IMG/VR virus record: IMGVR_UViG_3300045988_173400
Location: 1-17,806 of that record
Length of the DNA: 17,806 bases
Direction: 5' to 3' (one strand)
Origin: a virus
Shown here: positions 1-6,004 of the stretch, piece after piece
Layout of the letters: every line of letters starts with the position of its first letter
Numbering within the stretch: position 1 is the stretch's first letter
Program-made: the position numbers and the translations under genes
The notes under the pieces: model-generated
The model's database searches: none
Told to the model about the DNA's origin: nothing
What the model saw: the letters and a program-made list of their open reading frames with translations, nothing else

Positions 1-55
1 TCACCGGGGGAGAGGCCCTCGGGATGGCTCGAAAGGATCGAAAAAATGAGCTACA
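1..55. repeat. Left inverted terminal repeat (55 bp, perfect)
   Basis: The reverse complement of 17752..17806 is identical to 1..55 (tcaccgggggagaggccctcgggatggctcgaaaggatcgaaaaaatgagctaca). Identity ends at position 56 (c versus t). Confidence 0.95.
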
Positions 56-351
56 CGAAAAATGCCTGGATCGCCGAGGATGTCATGGACTCCACGCTCG
101 GAGCCCAGACCCTCGCGGGGACGCCCCTCTACCAGATGGCCGGCCTGAACGTCAATCCCCGCTCGGACGGTTTCACGATCGAGTGGGAGGTCCGCCCGGG
201 CCGGTACGAGGCCCTCTATGAGCTCGACGCCCGCGGAGTGACCCAGATCGAGGACGGGGCCGCGCTCATCTCCTACCAGGAGCGCTACGGCGAGCTCGGC
301 ATCGCCTGCGTGAGCGCCCTGCGCAGCGCCGTCGAGGATGCCTTCCTCTAA
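46..351 (+). CDS. Hypothetical protein, 101 aa, left terminal gene
   Basis: The ATG at 46 follows AAAGGA (32..37). Read by hand, third-codon positions are almost all G/C. The amino-acid composition is balanced and acidic. A strong hairpin terminator follows. I recognise no family. Confidence 0.6.
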   Translation: MSYTKNAWIAEDVMDSTLGAQTLAGTPLYQMAGLNVNPRSDGFTIEWEVRPGRYEALYELDARGVTQIEDGAALISYQERYGELGIACVSALRSAVEDAFL

Positions 352-364
352 TCCCCCAGCCGCC

Positions 365-393
365 GGCCCCCTCCTTCGGGAGGGGGCCTTTCC
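365..393 (+). terminator. Rho-independent terminator after the left terminal gene
   Basis: A 10-bp perfect stem (ggccccctcc / ggagggggcc) carries a ttcg tetraloop and is followed by tttcc. It lies 14 nt after the stop at 349..351. Confidence 0.8.
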
Positions 394-401
394 ATGCCCA
401 G

Positions 402-430
402 CACCCCCTTGTGGGGTGTTTCACATTTTC
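402..430 (+). terminator. Possible second, weaker terminator hairpin
   Basis: A 6-bp stem (cacccc / ggggtg) with a 5-nt loop is followed by the T-rich run tttcacattttc. Confidence 0.4.
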
Positions 431-434
431 CAGC

Positions 435-464
435 TTGACAGTGGCACCTGCCTCGGGTTATACT
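435..464 (+). promoter_or_regulatory. Sigma-70/SigA-type promoter for the left-arm operon
   Basis: The layout is TTGACA (435..440), an 18-nt spacer, then TATACT (459..464). It sits in an intergenic gap about 34 nt upstream of the ATG at 498, which has a GGGAAAGGA SD. Confidence 0.75.
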
Positions 465-497
465 GGATACGTCGGATCGAGGGAAAGGATTATTCCG

Positions 498-893
498 ATG
501 TGTGAAAACAGAGGCATCGCCGCGGTGGAGCGCGTCGCGGCCGGCCTGCGCGAGACCCTTGCGGCCGAATTCCAGCCCCTGATGGGGGACGTGGAGCTGC
601 GTTGCGAGTGGAACGGCGACGACTTCAGCAGGATTGCCCTCGCCGCCCCTGCCGGGGGGCTGGATATCATCGTCACGTCGGTGGTCGGCGAGGCGGGCGC
701 CGATGTGCGCGTGGTCGCCTTCAACTTCGAGGACCATGGGGTCGGGGATTTCATTAGTGGGGCATACGGTCGCGAGCTGTGGCACGTGGCCCGCGCCGTC
801 GTCGCTATTCCCGGTGTCGACAGCGTGTGGCCGGACATGGCCTGGCCGAAGGCGTTCTTCGCGTCCGTTCGCCTTGAGGGAGGTGACTCGTGA
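498..893 (+). CDS. Hypothetical protein, 131 aa
   Basis: This is the in-frame ATG of track ORF 411..893 lying downstream of the promoter, with an SD at 481..489. The track start at 411 would lie upstream of the -35 element. I recognise no family. Confidence 0.55.
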   Translation: MCENRGIAAVERVAAGLRETLAAEFQPLMGDVELRCEWNGDDFSRIALAAPAGGLDIIVTSVVGEAGADVRVVAFNFEDHGVGDFISGAYGRELWHVARAVVAIPGVDSVWPDMAWPKAFFASVRLEGGDS

Positions 894-1078
894 TCGCCGA
901 TATTGTCCTTCTCATGGCTCTGTGCGTCCTGCAGGTCTTGGCGGCGGTCGCCGCCGGGGCCTGCGCCCTGGCCCTGCGCGATCAGGTGCGCGCTGGGTTG
1001 CTCGTGCCGCTGTGGGCGGTTGCCGGCGTCTGCGTCGCCTCGGTGGGCGGCGCCCTGGCTCAGGTGGCGGTCCTATGA
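890..1078 (+). CDS. Small membrane protein, 62 aa, two predicted TM helices
   Basis: The GTG start overlaps the upstream stop (GTGA), and a GGAGGT SD lies 5 nt upstream. The sequence is almost entirely hydrophobic (IADIVLLMALCVLQVLAAVAAGACALAL ... LLVPLWAVAGVCVASVGGALAQVAVL). Confidence 0.5.
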   Translation: MIADIVLLMALCVLQVLAAVAAGACALALRDQVRAGLLVPLWAVAGVCVASVGGALAQVAVL

Positions 1079-1494
1079 GCGGCCACCCCGTGAAAATGCC
1101 GCCCGAGCTGCGTACGTCGCTCCTGACGGAGGTCGTGCTGGCCGCTCTGGGCGTCGCCTCCGAGGGCGCCCCTCCGGTGCGTGTGGAGACGACGGGCCCC
1201 TACACCGCAGTTCTGACGGTCGCCGAGTCGAATCTCCGGTATGGCGGCGTGAGGCTCGCTCTGACGACGTGTGTCGGCGGCGTCTCACGGGCGGTCGTCT
1301 CTGCCATCTGGCGCCCCGGCGCGTCCGAGCCGCTGCGCGAGCGCCGCGCGGTGTGCATGGAGCGCCTGGCGGAGGCTATCGAGGCCGAGCCCGGCGTGAC
1401 CGAAGCCGTGCTCGACGAGACTTACGGAGCAAGCGTCCTCGTGCAGATCTCCTACGGGAGGGCCCGGATTATCAGGGAGGGCAATAATGGCTAG
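1075..1494 (+). CDS. Hypothetical protein, 139 aa
   Basis: This is an internal ATG of track ORF 634..1494 that overlaps the upstream stop (ATGA). An AGGTGG SD lies 7 nt upstream. The upstream part of the track ORF is Arg/Gly/Pro-rich off-frame sequence. Confidence 0.55.
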   Translation: MSGHPVKMPPELRTSLLTEVVLAALGVASEGAPPVRVETTGPYTAVLTVAESNLRYGGVRLALTTCVGGVSRAVVSAIWRPGASEPLRERRAVCMERLAEAIEAEPGVTEAVLDETYGASVLVQISYGRARIIREGNNG

Positions 1495-1846
1495 GAGGGT
1501 CCATATGACGCAGATTCGCCTCGCGCAGGCGCTGGAGGAACTCGCCGATCTGGTCGGCGAGGCGATCGACGGGCCGATCTGGGCCTGCTGGACGGGTGGC
1601 CGCACCGGCTGGCTCATGATCGACGACGGCCTCGACTCGCGGATCGCCGCTTCGGTCGACTACCGGGATCGTCTCATGACGCTGAACCTCCCGCCCGGGC
1701 AAGCCGTCGGGTCGAGCGCCTGCCTGCGCGGCTGGCTGGGCGACTGGCTGGCCGACGCCGGGCTCGCCTGGTGTGTCGGCTGCGACGACCTGGGTGACCG
1801 CGTCCTGATCGACGTGGCTCGCGACTATAGGCTGGTGTGTAAGTGA
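1487..1846 (+). CDS. Hypothetical protein, 119 aa
   Basis: The ATG follows a GGGAGGG SD with a 5-nt spacer and overlaps the upstream gene by 8 nt. I recognise no family. Confidence 0.55.
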   Translation: MARRVHMTQIRLAQALEELADLVGEAIDGPIWACWTGGRTGWLMIDDGLDSRIAASVDYRDRLMTLNLPPGQAVGSSACLRGWLGDWLADAGLAWCVGCDDLGDRVLIDVARDYRLVCK

Positions 1847-2157
1847 CGCCGATTCCGGATGACCCTGACCGCCCATGGGTTCCTGTCCACGATATTCTGC
1901 GGCGGCTCGGCGCCGAGCGGCACCGCTCCCGCGAGGAGGCGATCGACTGGCTGCTTCGGGTGCCGCTGGAGGGCGAGTTGACGGATCTGCCGGCGTCGTG
2001 GCGTCGGCTGGTGGCTGAGCGGTGTGCTTTCTGGCTGGAGTCGTCCGGGTCGTGGTGGTCGGCGTCGCCGGAGGTGATCGCCGAGGAGATCGCTACTGCG
2101 CGCCGGGAGGCTGCGGCGGCGGGTGCCGCGCCCGAGCAGCTGGCGCTGGACTTGTAA
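1843..2157 (+). CDS. Hypothetical protein, 104 aa, Trp-rich
   Basis: The GTG start overlaps the upstream stop (GTGA). There is no internal Met. The gene is followed by the convergent terminator. The SD is weak. Confidence 0.5.
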   Translation: MTPIPDDPDRPWVPVHDILRRLGAERHRSREEAIDWLLRVPLEGELTDLPASWRRLVAERCAFWLESSGSWWSASPEVIAEEIATARREAAAAGAAPEQLALDL

Positions 2158-2170
2158 AGGATGTTTCACG

Positions 2171-2205
2171 AGAAACCCCCGAGAGTAAATCTCTCGGGGG
2201 TTTCT
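2171..2205. terminator. Bidirectional hairpin terminator between the convergent arms
   Basis: A 15-bp perfect stem (agaaacccccgagag / ctctcgggggtttct) has a 5-nt loop. It lies 14 nt after the plus-strand stop at 2157 and 2 nt after the minus-strand stop at 2207. A T-run follows on the plus strand. Confidence 0.85.
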
Positions 2206-2206
2206 T

Positions 2207-2500
2207 TCACTTGGTGTTGGCGGCTGCGAGGCCGACGCCGAGGAGGCCGGCGATGGCGGGGGCGATGAGGGCGGCAGTCTCGCCGGTGACCCAGCCTGCG
2301 GCGACGCCGAGGGGAATGAGTCCGGTGAGGGCGCGGTAGGCCCATTTGCGCCAGGGGAGCCACCGGTCGGTGCCGGTCGTGTCGACGATGTCGCCGGCGG
2401 CGGCGGGGGTGCCGTCGGCGACGGCGTGTTTGGCGGCCTGGAATGCTGCGAGGGTGCCGGTGTCGGTGACGCCGGTGTCGAGATGCTTGGGGGTGCTCAT
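2207..2500 (-). CDS. Membrane protein, 97 aa, two C-terminal TM helices (holin candidate)
   Basis: The ATG at 2500 overlaps the upstream stop (TAATG), with GGAGGA just upstream. Two hydrophobic segments are present (YRALTGLIPLGVAAGWV and AALIAPAIAGLLGVGLAAA). It is the last gene of the lysis cluster. Confidence 0.6.
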   Translation of the reverse strand: MSTPKHLDTGVTDTGTLAAFQAAKHAVADGTPAAAGDIVDTTGTDRWLPWRKWAYRALTGLIPLGVAAGWVTGETAALIAPAIAGLLGVGLAAANTK

Positions 2501-2616
2501 TATCCTCCGTAGATGTATCTGTGGCAGTCGAGGTGGTAGTGGACGACGTCGGGATCGTCGGTGATACAGATGAGCGGGATGGGATCGCCACACCCCGCAC
2601 ACCTGCAATTAGGCAT
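2500..2616 (-). CDS. Cys/His-rich mini-protein, 38 aa (42 aa if started at 2628)
   Basis: The sequence is MPNCRCAGCGDPIPLICITDDPDVVHYHLDCHRYIYGG. My hand count gives GC3 of about 74% in this frame against about 44% in the alternative frame (the N-terminal extension of track ORF 2207..2608). It overlaps both neighbours (ATGCCTAA and TAATG). Confidence 0.5.
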   Translation of the reverse strand: MPNCRCAGCGDPIPLICITDDPDVVHYHLDCHRYIYGG

Positions 2617-3346
2617 TCTTTGGGCCATTTTTGTCCAGTTTGTTGATGATTTCTTCGAGTGCGTGGTGGCTGGCGGCGGGATATCCGAAGCCATAGCCGG
2701 GCACTTCCAGGAATCCTCGCAACTGTTCGACGGTGGCCGTCAATTTGTTGACGGTCTCCTGCAGGTCTCCGAGGGAATTCTGGGTCGCCTGCGGGTAGCC
2801 GAAGCTCTGCTCGGGCACTTTGAGGTTGCTGTATATCCAGTCAAGCTTGTTAGCCTGGTCGGGGGTCAAATCGTCCTCCTCGCTATCATCCTCTATGAAT
2901 CGCCTCACGGCTATGATGCTCGCAGACCCGGTGAGGCTCGGGTCGGAGAGTCGATGGAAGCGGGGCCCGCGGCCAGGGCCGCCGTGCCCCCACGTGTACC
3001 CGCCGCCGGCGTAGAGCTCGACGTGGGAGATGCGCCCGGCGAAGGGGCCGGTCGCCCACCCCATGCAAATGACGTCGGCGGGCCGGAGCGCGTCGAGGTC
3101 GAGGTCGCGCCACGTGTGCGTGTAGGCGACGGAGCGCCCCTGGACGGCGATGTTGAAGCTGCGCTCCCCCAGTCGGATGCCGGCGCACTGCAGGTAGGCC
3201 TGTGCTATAGTGGAGCTACAGTCGCCCCAGCCGTAGCGCTCAGGATCTTTGCGCCGCCAGTCGTTCGTGTAGCCGAAGGCGTTCTCGTGCTTGGCCATCC
3301 ATGCTACGATGGCGGCCCTAGTCGTCGCTGCTGTGATTTTTGTCAC
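2609..3346 (-). CDS. Endolysin: N-terminal NlpC/P60-type cysteine peptidase plus an unfamiliar repeat C-terminus, 245 aa
   Basis: It has the GWGDCSS catalytic-Cys context and a downstream ISHVELYAGG His motif. The domain is a paralogue of the C-terminal domain of the tail lysin. GTG start. It is flanked by small membrane proteins. Confidence 0.8.
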   Translation of the reverse strand: MTKITAATTRAAIVAWMAKHENAFGYTNDWRRKDPERYGWGDCSSTIAQAYLQCAGIRLGERSFNIAVQGRSVAYTHTWRDLDLDALRPADVICMGWATGPFAGRISHVELYAGGGYTWGHGGPGRGPRFHRLSDPSLTGSASIIAVRRFIEDDSEEDDLTPDQANKLDWIYSNLKVPEQSFGYPQATQNSLGDLQETVNKLTATVEQLRGFLEVPGYGFGYPAASHHALEEIINKLDKNGPKNA

Positions 3347-3572
3347 ATCCCCTCAGTGTCTCCTCCACTTTCCCGAGCCTGGCCTCGACGTCGGCCAGGC
3401 GTTCGAGGATCCCCGGGGACGCGGGCACGCCGGGGCGCGCCGCCTCCCCCATGAGATCGTCCAGAAAATGAGAGATTCGTCTCAGATTCGGCATGATTTT
3501 CCACACCACCCCCGCAAGGGCGATGATACCACCGAGCCCGAGTCCCGTCAATCCGTCGACGAAACCGTCCAT
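3318..3572 (-). CDS. Small membrane protein, 84 aa, one N-terminal TM helix plus a coiled-coil tail (holin or lysis-regulator candidate)
   Basis: This is an internal ATG of track ORF 3318..3812, 1 nt after the ATPase stop, with a GGGGG SD 6 nt upstream. The TM segment is GLTGLGLGGIIALAGVVW. It overlaps the endolysin start by 29 nt. Confidence 0.55.
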   Translation of the reverse strand: MDGFVDGLTGLGLGGIIALAGVVWKIMPNLRRISHFLDDLMGEAARPGVPASPGILERLADVEARLGKVEETLRGCDKNHSSDD

Positions 3573-3573
3573 A

Positions 3574-4581
3574 CTACACCCCCTTGAAGGTCTGGATAAA
3601 GCAATTTCGGGTCTGCGGCTTGTCAAAATAGAGCTCTCCACGATTGTACATGCGCCTGGCTGATGCCAGGAACGAGTCGCGCGGAGAGCAGTACATCGTG
3701 CTCTCGGTGACGAGCTTGACCTCGCTTGTGATGCGGAGTTGCTGTTTGGGGAGTTTTTCTTGGCAGTACCATCCGGACTGGCGTGGGTCGATCCACAGGG
3801 AGAACTCACCAAGGTCGGTGACGACGGTGCACGCGTAGTCCGAGTAGTGCGGTTTCCGGCCGATGAGGACGCCGTTGTTGTCGACGAAGCGGGATTTCAT
3901 CATGTAGTCTGCGTTGTCGCCGCCGACGGACGATAGGAATTTCCCGAATTTCGTTTTGGCGACCTGGCTGGCGAAGACAGCGTCGTCGGAGGTGTGGACG
4001 GCGATGAACCCGTCGTGATATGTTTCGAACTCGCTCGATGGTATAATGCCGTACTTGATGAAGTAGGGGTTGGTGATCGAGGCGGCGTTGGCGAGGAAGA
4101 GCGCCTGGACGCGATCGTCCCAGCGGTCGATCGTCGAATAGAAGCCCTCGAAGATGTCGGCTTCTTTCGGCAGGTACCGCGTGAGGCCTTCTTCGAGGAT
4201 GAATTCGTCGAAAATAAGCGTTCCTACCTCGCGGAAGCTCATGGACTTGGCTTGTCTGGCTTGGGTAAGGGCGGTGCATCTGCCGACGAGGGCGCCGGTT
4301 TTGGTGCCGTCGTCGACCCAGAGGCTGTTTTGGCGCACGGTGAAGTCATGGTCGGGGAATCTGTCGGCGATGTCGGCCATGAATGTCTGGAAGGCATGCT
4401 TTTCGCCCTTGTGGCGCCGGAGATAGACGAACTGAGACCCTTTGTCGATAAATCGGCGGAGCGCTATCTTTTTGGCGCCGTAGGTTTTCCCAGTGCCGCG
4501 GGCGCCCGTGACAATGGTCCACGGTGCATTGTAGGAGAGGATAGGGCCGAAATTATAGTAATTGAGAACTTGTTTAGTCAT
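3574..4581 (-). CDS. DNA encapsidation (packaging) ATPase, phi29 gp16-like, 335 aa
   Basis: The Walker A motif is GARGTGKTYGAKK and the Walker B-like motif is LIFDEFI. The N-terminal pattern LSYNAPWTIVTGARGTGKTY...RFIDKGSQFVYLRRHK parallels phi29 gp16 as I remember it (LSYDRILNFVIGARGIGKSY...RFIKYGEQFIYVRRYK). Confidence 0.92.
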   Translation of the reverse strand: MTKQVLNYYNFGPILSYNAPWTIVTGARGTGKTYGAKKIALRRFIDKGSQFVYLRRHKGEKHAFQTFMADIADRFPDHDFTVRQNSLWVDDGTKTGALVGRCTALTQARQAKSMSFREVGTLIFDEFILEEGLTRYLPKEADIFEGFYSTIDRWDDRVQALFLANAASITNPYFIKYGIIPSSEFETYHDGFIAVHTSDDAVFASQVAKTKFGKFLSSVGGDNADYMMKSRFVDNNGVLIGRKPHYSDYACTVVTDLGEFSLWIDPRQSGWYCQEKLPKQQLRITSEVKLVTESTMYCSPRDSFLASARRMYNRGELYFDKPQTRNCFIQTFKGV

Positions 4582-5935
4582 TGAGGTACCTCTTGACGCA
4601 CCACCCTATCCCTCGGGTGTCCCTGATGAATTTCGACAGCGAGTTTTTGTGTGGCCCGGGCACTTCGCCGTGGAGCCCGCCGCCATGGCCCCACGTGAGG
4701 TCGCCGCCGGCATACATCTCGACGTGGTCGACGCCGACGCGCCCGGATCCCCAGTCATAGAAGACGAGATCGCCAGGCTTCATGAGCGCAAGTTGTTGCG
4801 CGGAGATGGATTTCGCCGTGTTCCAGTTGATAACGAAGGATCCGTGGCCGTTGGCGCTCTGGGCGACAGTATTGCCGCCGATGTCGATGCCGCAGACGTC
4901 GAGGTAGGCGCGCCGGCAGGTCGACGAGCAGTCGCCGACGCCGGACCGGTCAGGGTCGAGCCGGCCGGCGCCGTTCGAGTAGCGGAACTTGTTTTCCCTC
5001 GACGCCATCCACCACACAAGTTTCTGGCGGGTCTCCGAGGTGCCGGGGGCGAGCTGGCCGCCGCCGCCGCCGGTGCCGGGGCCGCCATTCTGTCCGCCGG
5101 GCGTCGTGTCGGTCGGGGGCGGGGTGCCGGCGCCGCCGGGCCCCGCGATGTACTGTCCCTGACCATTGGGTGCGCACTGGACGATTTTGCCGTCGGCCAT
5201 GTGTGCGATAGCGACGTTGCCGACGGCCTCTATCCTAGAAAGCGTCCCGGCAGTGGAGCCTTGCTGCTGGGGCGCGTTGGTGTTGCCGCCGGGGGTGCCG
5301 CCGGAGCCGTCGCCCTGTGTCGGGCCGCCGGGCGCCGCCGGACCGGGTTCGACGCCGTCGACGCCCGAGCTGTCCATGTTTTTGATGATGGTGTATGCTG
5401 TATTGTATCGGTTGCGGTATTTGCCGAGAACTGGTTCGGACAGGAGCGCCGCATGCCACCGGTCGAGCGTGGCGCCCCCGATCTGGTTCGCTATCCGGAG
5501 GGCTCTTTTCGGCGACTGGTGGTAGGCGACGAAGAACATGATCATCGCCTGTGTGTGTCGGTCTCTGTCGATGCCGCACCGGCCGGCGACCTGCACGTAG
5601 GCTTCTAGATCCTCCGCCATTTGCCTTTGCTGTACTTTGTAGGCGGCACGCAGTACGGGCTTGACTTGACCGTCCCAGTAGTTGGGGAGGTAGTACGTGG
5701 CCCAGTTAATGGAGTTGGCGTTGACGAGCGACTGCAGCTGGGCCGGGAGTTTGGCGAACTCTGACGGCATTTCCTGTTTGATACGGTTGAGTAGCCCGTA
5801 GGCGCGGGGGCCGAACCACTGGCCTATCCCGATCGTGATCGGGTCCACGTGGTAGATGCCGTCGTAGCGCATGCCGGACTCCACCGTGCCGATCGCCTTG
5901 ATGGCGACGGCCTTCGCTTTAGCGTCCCACGCCAC
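4574..5935 (-). CDS. Tail-associated peptidoglycan hydrolase (phi29 gp13 analogue): N-terminal lysozyme-like domain, Gly/Pro linker, C-terminal NlpC/P60 peptidase, 453 aa
   Basis: The N-terminus carries GTVESG...IGIGQW, a phage tail-lysozyme-like motif. Residues 191-299 form a Gly/Pro-rich linker. The C-terminus carries GVGDCSS ... DHVEMYAGG. The GTG start has a GGAGA SD 5 nt upstream. Its position after the fibre genes matches phi29. Confidence 0.8.
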   Translation of the reverse strand: MAWDAKAKAVAIKAIGTVESGMRYDGIYHVDPITIGIGQWFGPRAYGLLNRIKQEMPSEFAKLPAQLQSLVNANSINWATYYLPNYWDGQVKPVLRAAYKVQQRQMAEDLEAYVQVAGRCGIDRDRHTQAMIMFFVAYHQSPKRALRIANQIGGATLDRWHAALLSEPVLGKYRNRYNTAYTIIKNMDSSGVDGVEPGPAAPGGPTQGDGSGGTPGGNTNAPQQQGSTAGTLSRIEAVGNVAIAHMADGKIVQCAPNGQGQYIAGPGGAGTPPPTDTTPGGQNGGPGTGGGGGQLAPGTSETRQKLVWWMASRENKFRYSNGAGRLDPDRSGVGDCSSTCRRAYLDVCGIDIGGNTVAQSANGHGSFVINWNTAKSISAQQLALMKPGDLVFYDWGSGRVGVDHVEMYAGGDLTWGHGGGLHGEVPGPHKNSLSKFIRDTRGIGWCVKRYLND

Positions 5936-5946
5936 GAGAGTCTCCG

Positions 5947-5958
5947 TTTCACGTGAAA
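5947..5958. promoter_or_regulatory. Perfect palindrome TTTCACGTGAAA, copy 1 (intergenic)
   Basis: This exact 12-mer sits between the fibre-gene terminator hairpin and the SD of the tail-lysin gene. The same 12-mer occurs at 13609..13620 and 15320..15331. Confidence 0.6.
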
Positions 5959-5995
5959 ACCGCCGCCCACGAGATGCGAACCCGTGAGCGGCGGT
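5959..5995 (-). terminator. Hairpin terminator after the fibre gene (minus strand)
   Basis: The stem pairs accgccgc-c-cacg with cgtg-a-gcggcggt (8 bp plus 4 bp around one mismatch) and has an 11-nt loop. On the minus strand it is followed by TTTT, which merges into the palindrome. Confidence 0.5.
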
Positions 5996-6004
5996 GTCTA
6001 ATAA

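Noticed and set aside
52-57. A weak TCGAAA-N17-TACATA promoter-like match at the right end (mirror coordinates; plus-strand 17750..17778, with the TACATA hexamer at 17750..17755)
   Set aside because: It would start transcription downstream of the ITR-encoded ATG, and the next in-frame Met has no SD. The left-end equivalent (TACACG) is worse.
24-221. An alternative 65-aa ORF starting inside the ITR (MARKDRKNELHEK...)
   Set aside because: It is Arg/Pro/Gly-rich off-frame sequence that overlaps the 46..351 frame, which has far higher third-position GC by hand inspection.
2166-2600. A 144-aa minus-strand ORF made almost entirely of Arg/His/Pro/Thr repeats
   Set aside because: It is an off-frame reading of the membrane-protein and Cys-rich genes. 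Its low-complexity composition is not protein-like.
2501-2608. A 36-aa N-terminal extension that would make the two-TM protein 133 aa (start at 2608)
   Set aside because: My hand-counted GC3 is about 44% in this frame against about 74% for the overlapping Cys-rich frame. The extension is Arg/His/Pro-rich, and the ATG at 2500 has a GGAGGA motif.
3598-3626. TTGACA on the minus strand near the 3' end of the ATPase gene, a possible lysis-cassette promoter
   Set aside because: No acceptable -10 lies at 16-19 nt. The best candidates are TGCTTT and TTTATC.
4039-4047. A perfect extended -10 (TGgTATAAT) on the plus strand, antisense inside the ATPase gene
   Set aside because: It has no -35 element and no downstream plus-strand gene. 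It is explained by the codons IIPSSEF on the coding strand. Antisense transcription cannot be excluded, but nothing supports it.
4552-4581. ATGACT-N18-TATAAT on the minus strand at the very start of the ATPase gene
   Set aside because: It is made of the ATG and the AT-rich N-terminal codons (NYYNF). It would start transcripts inside the ATPase CDS, so it is probably coincidental.
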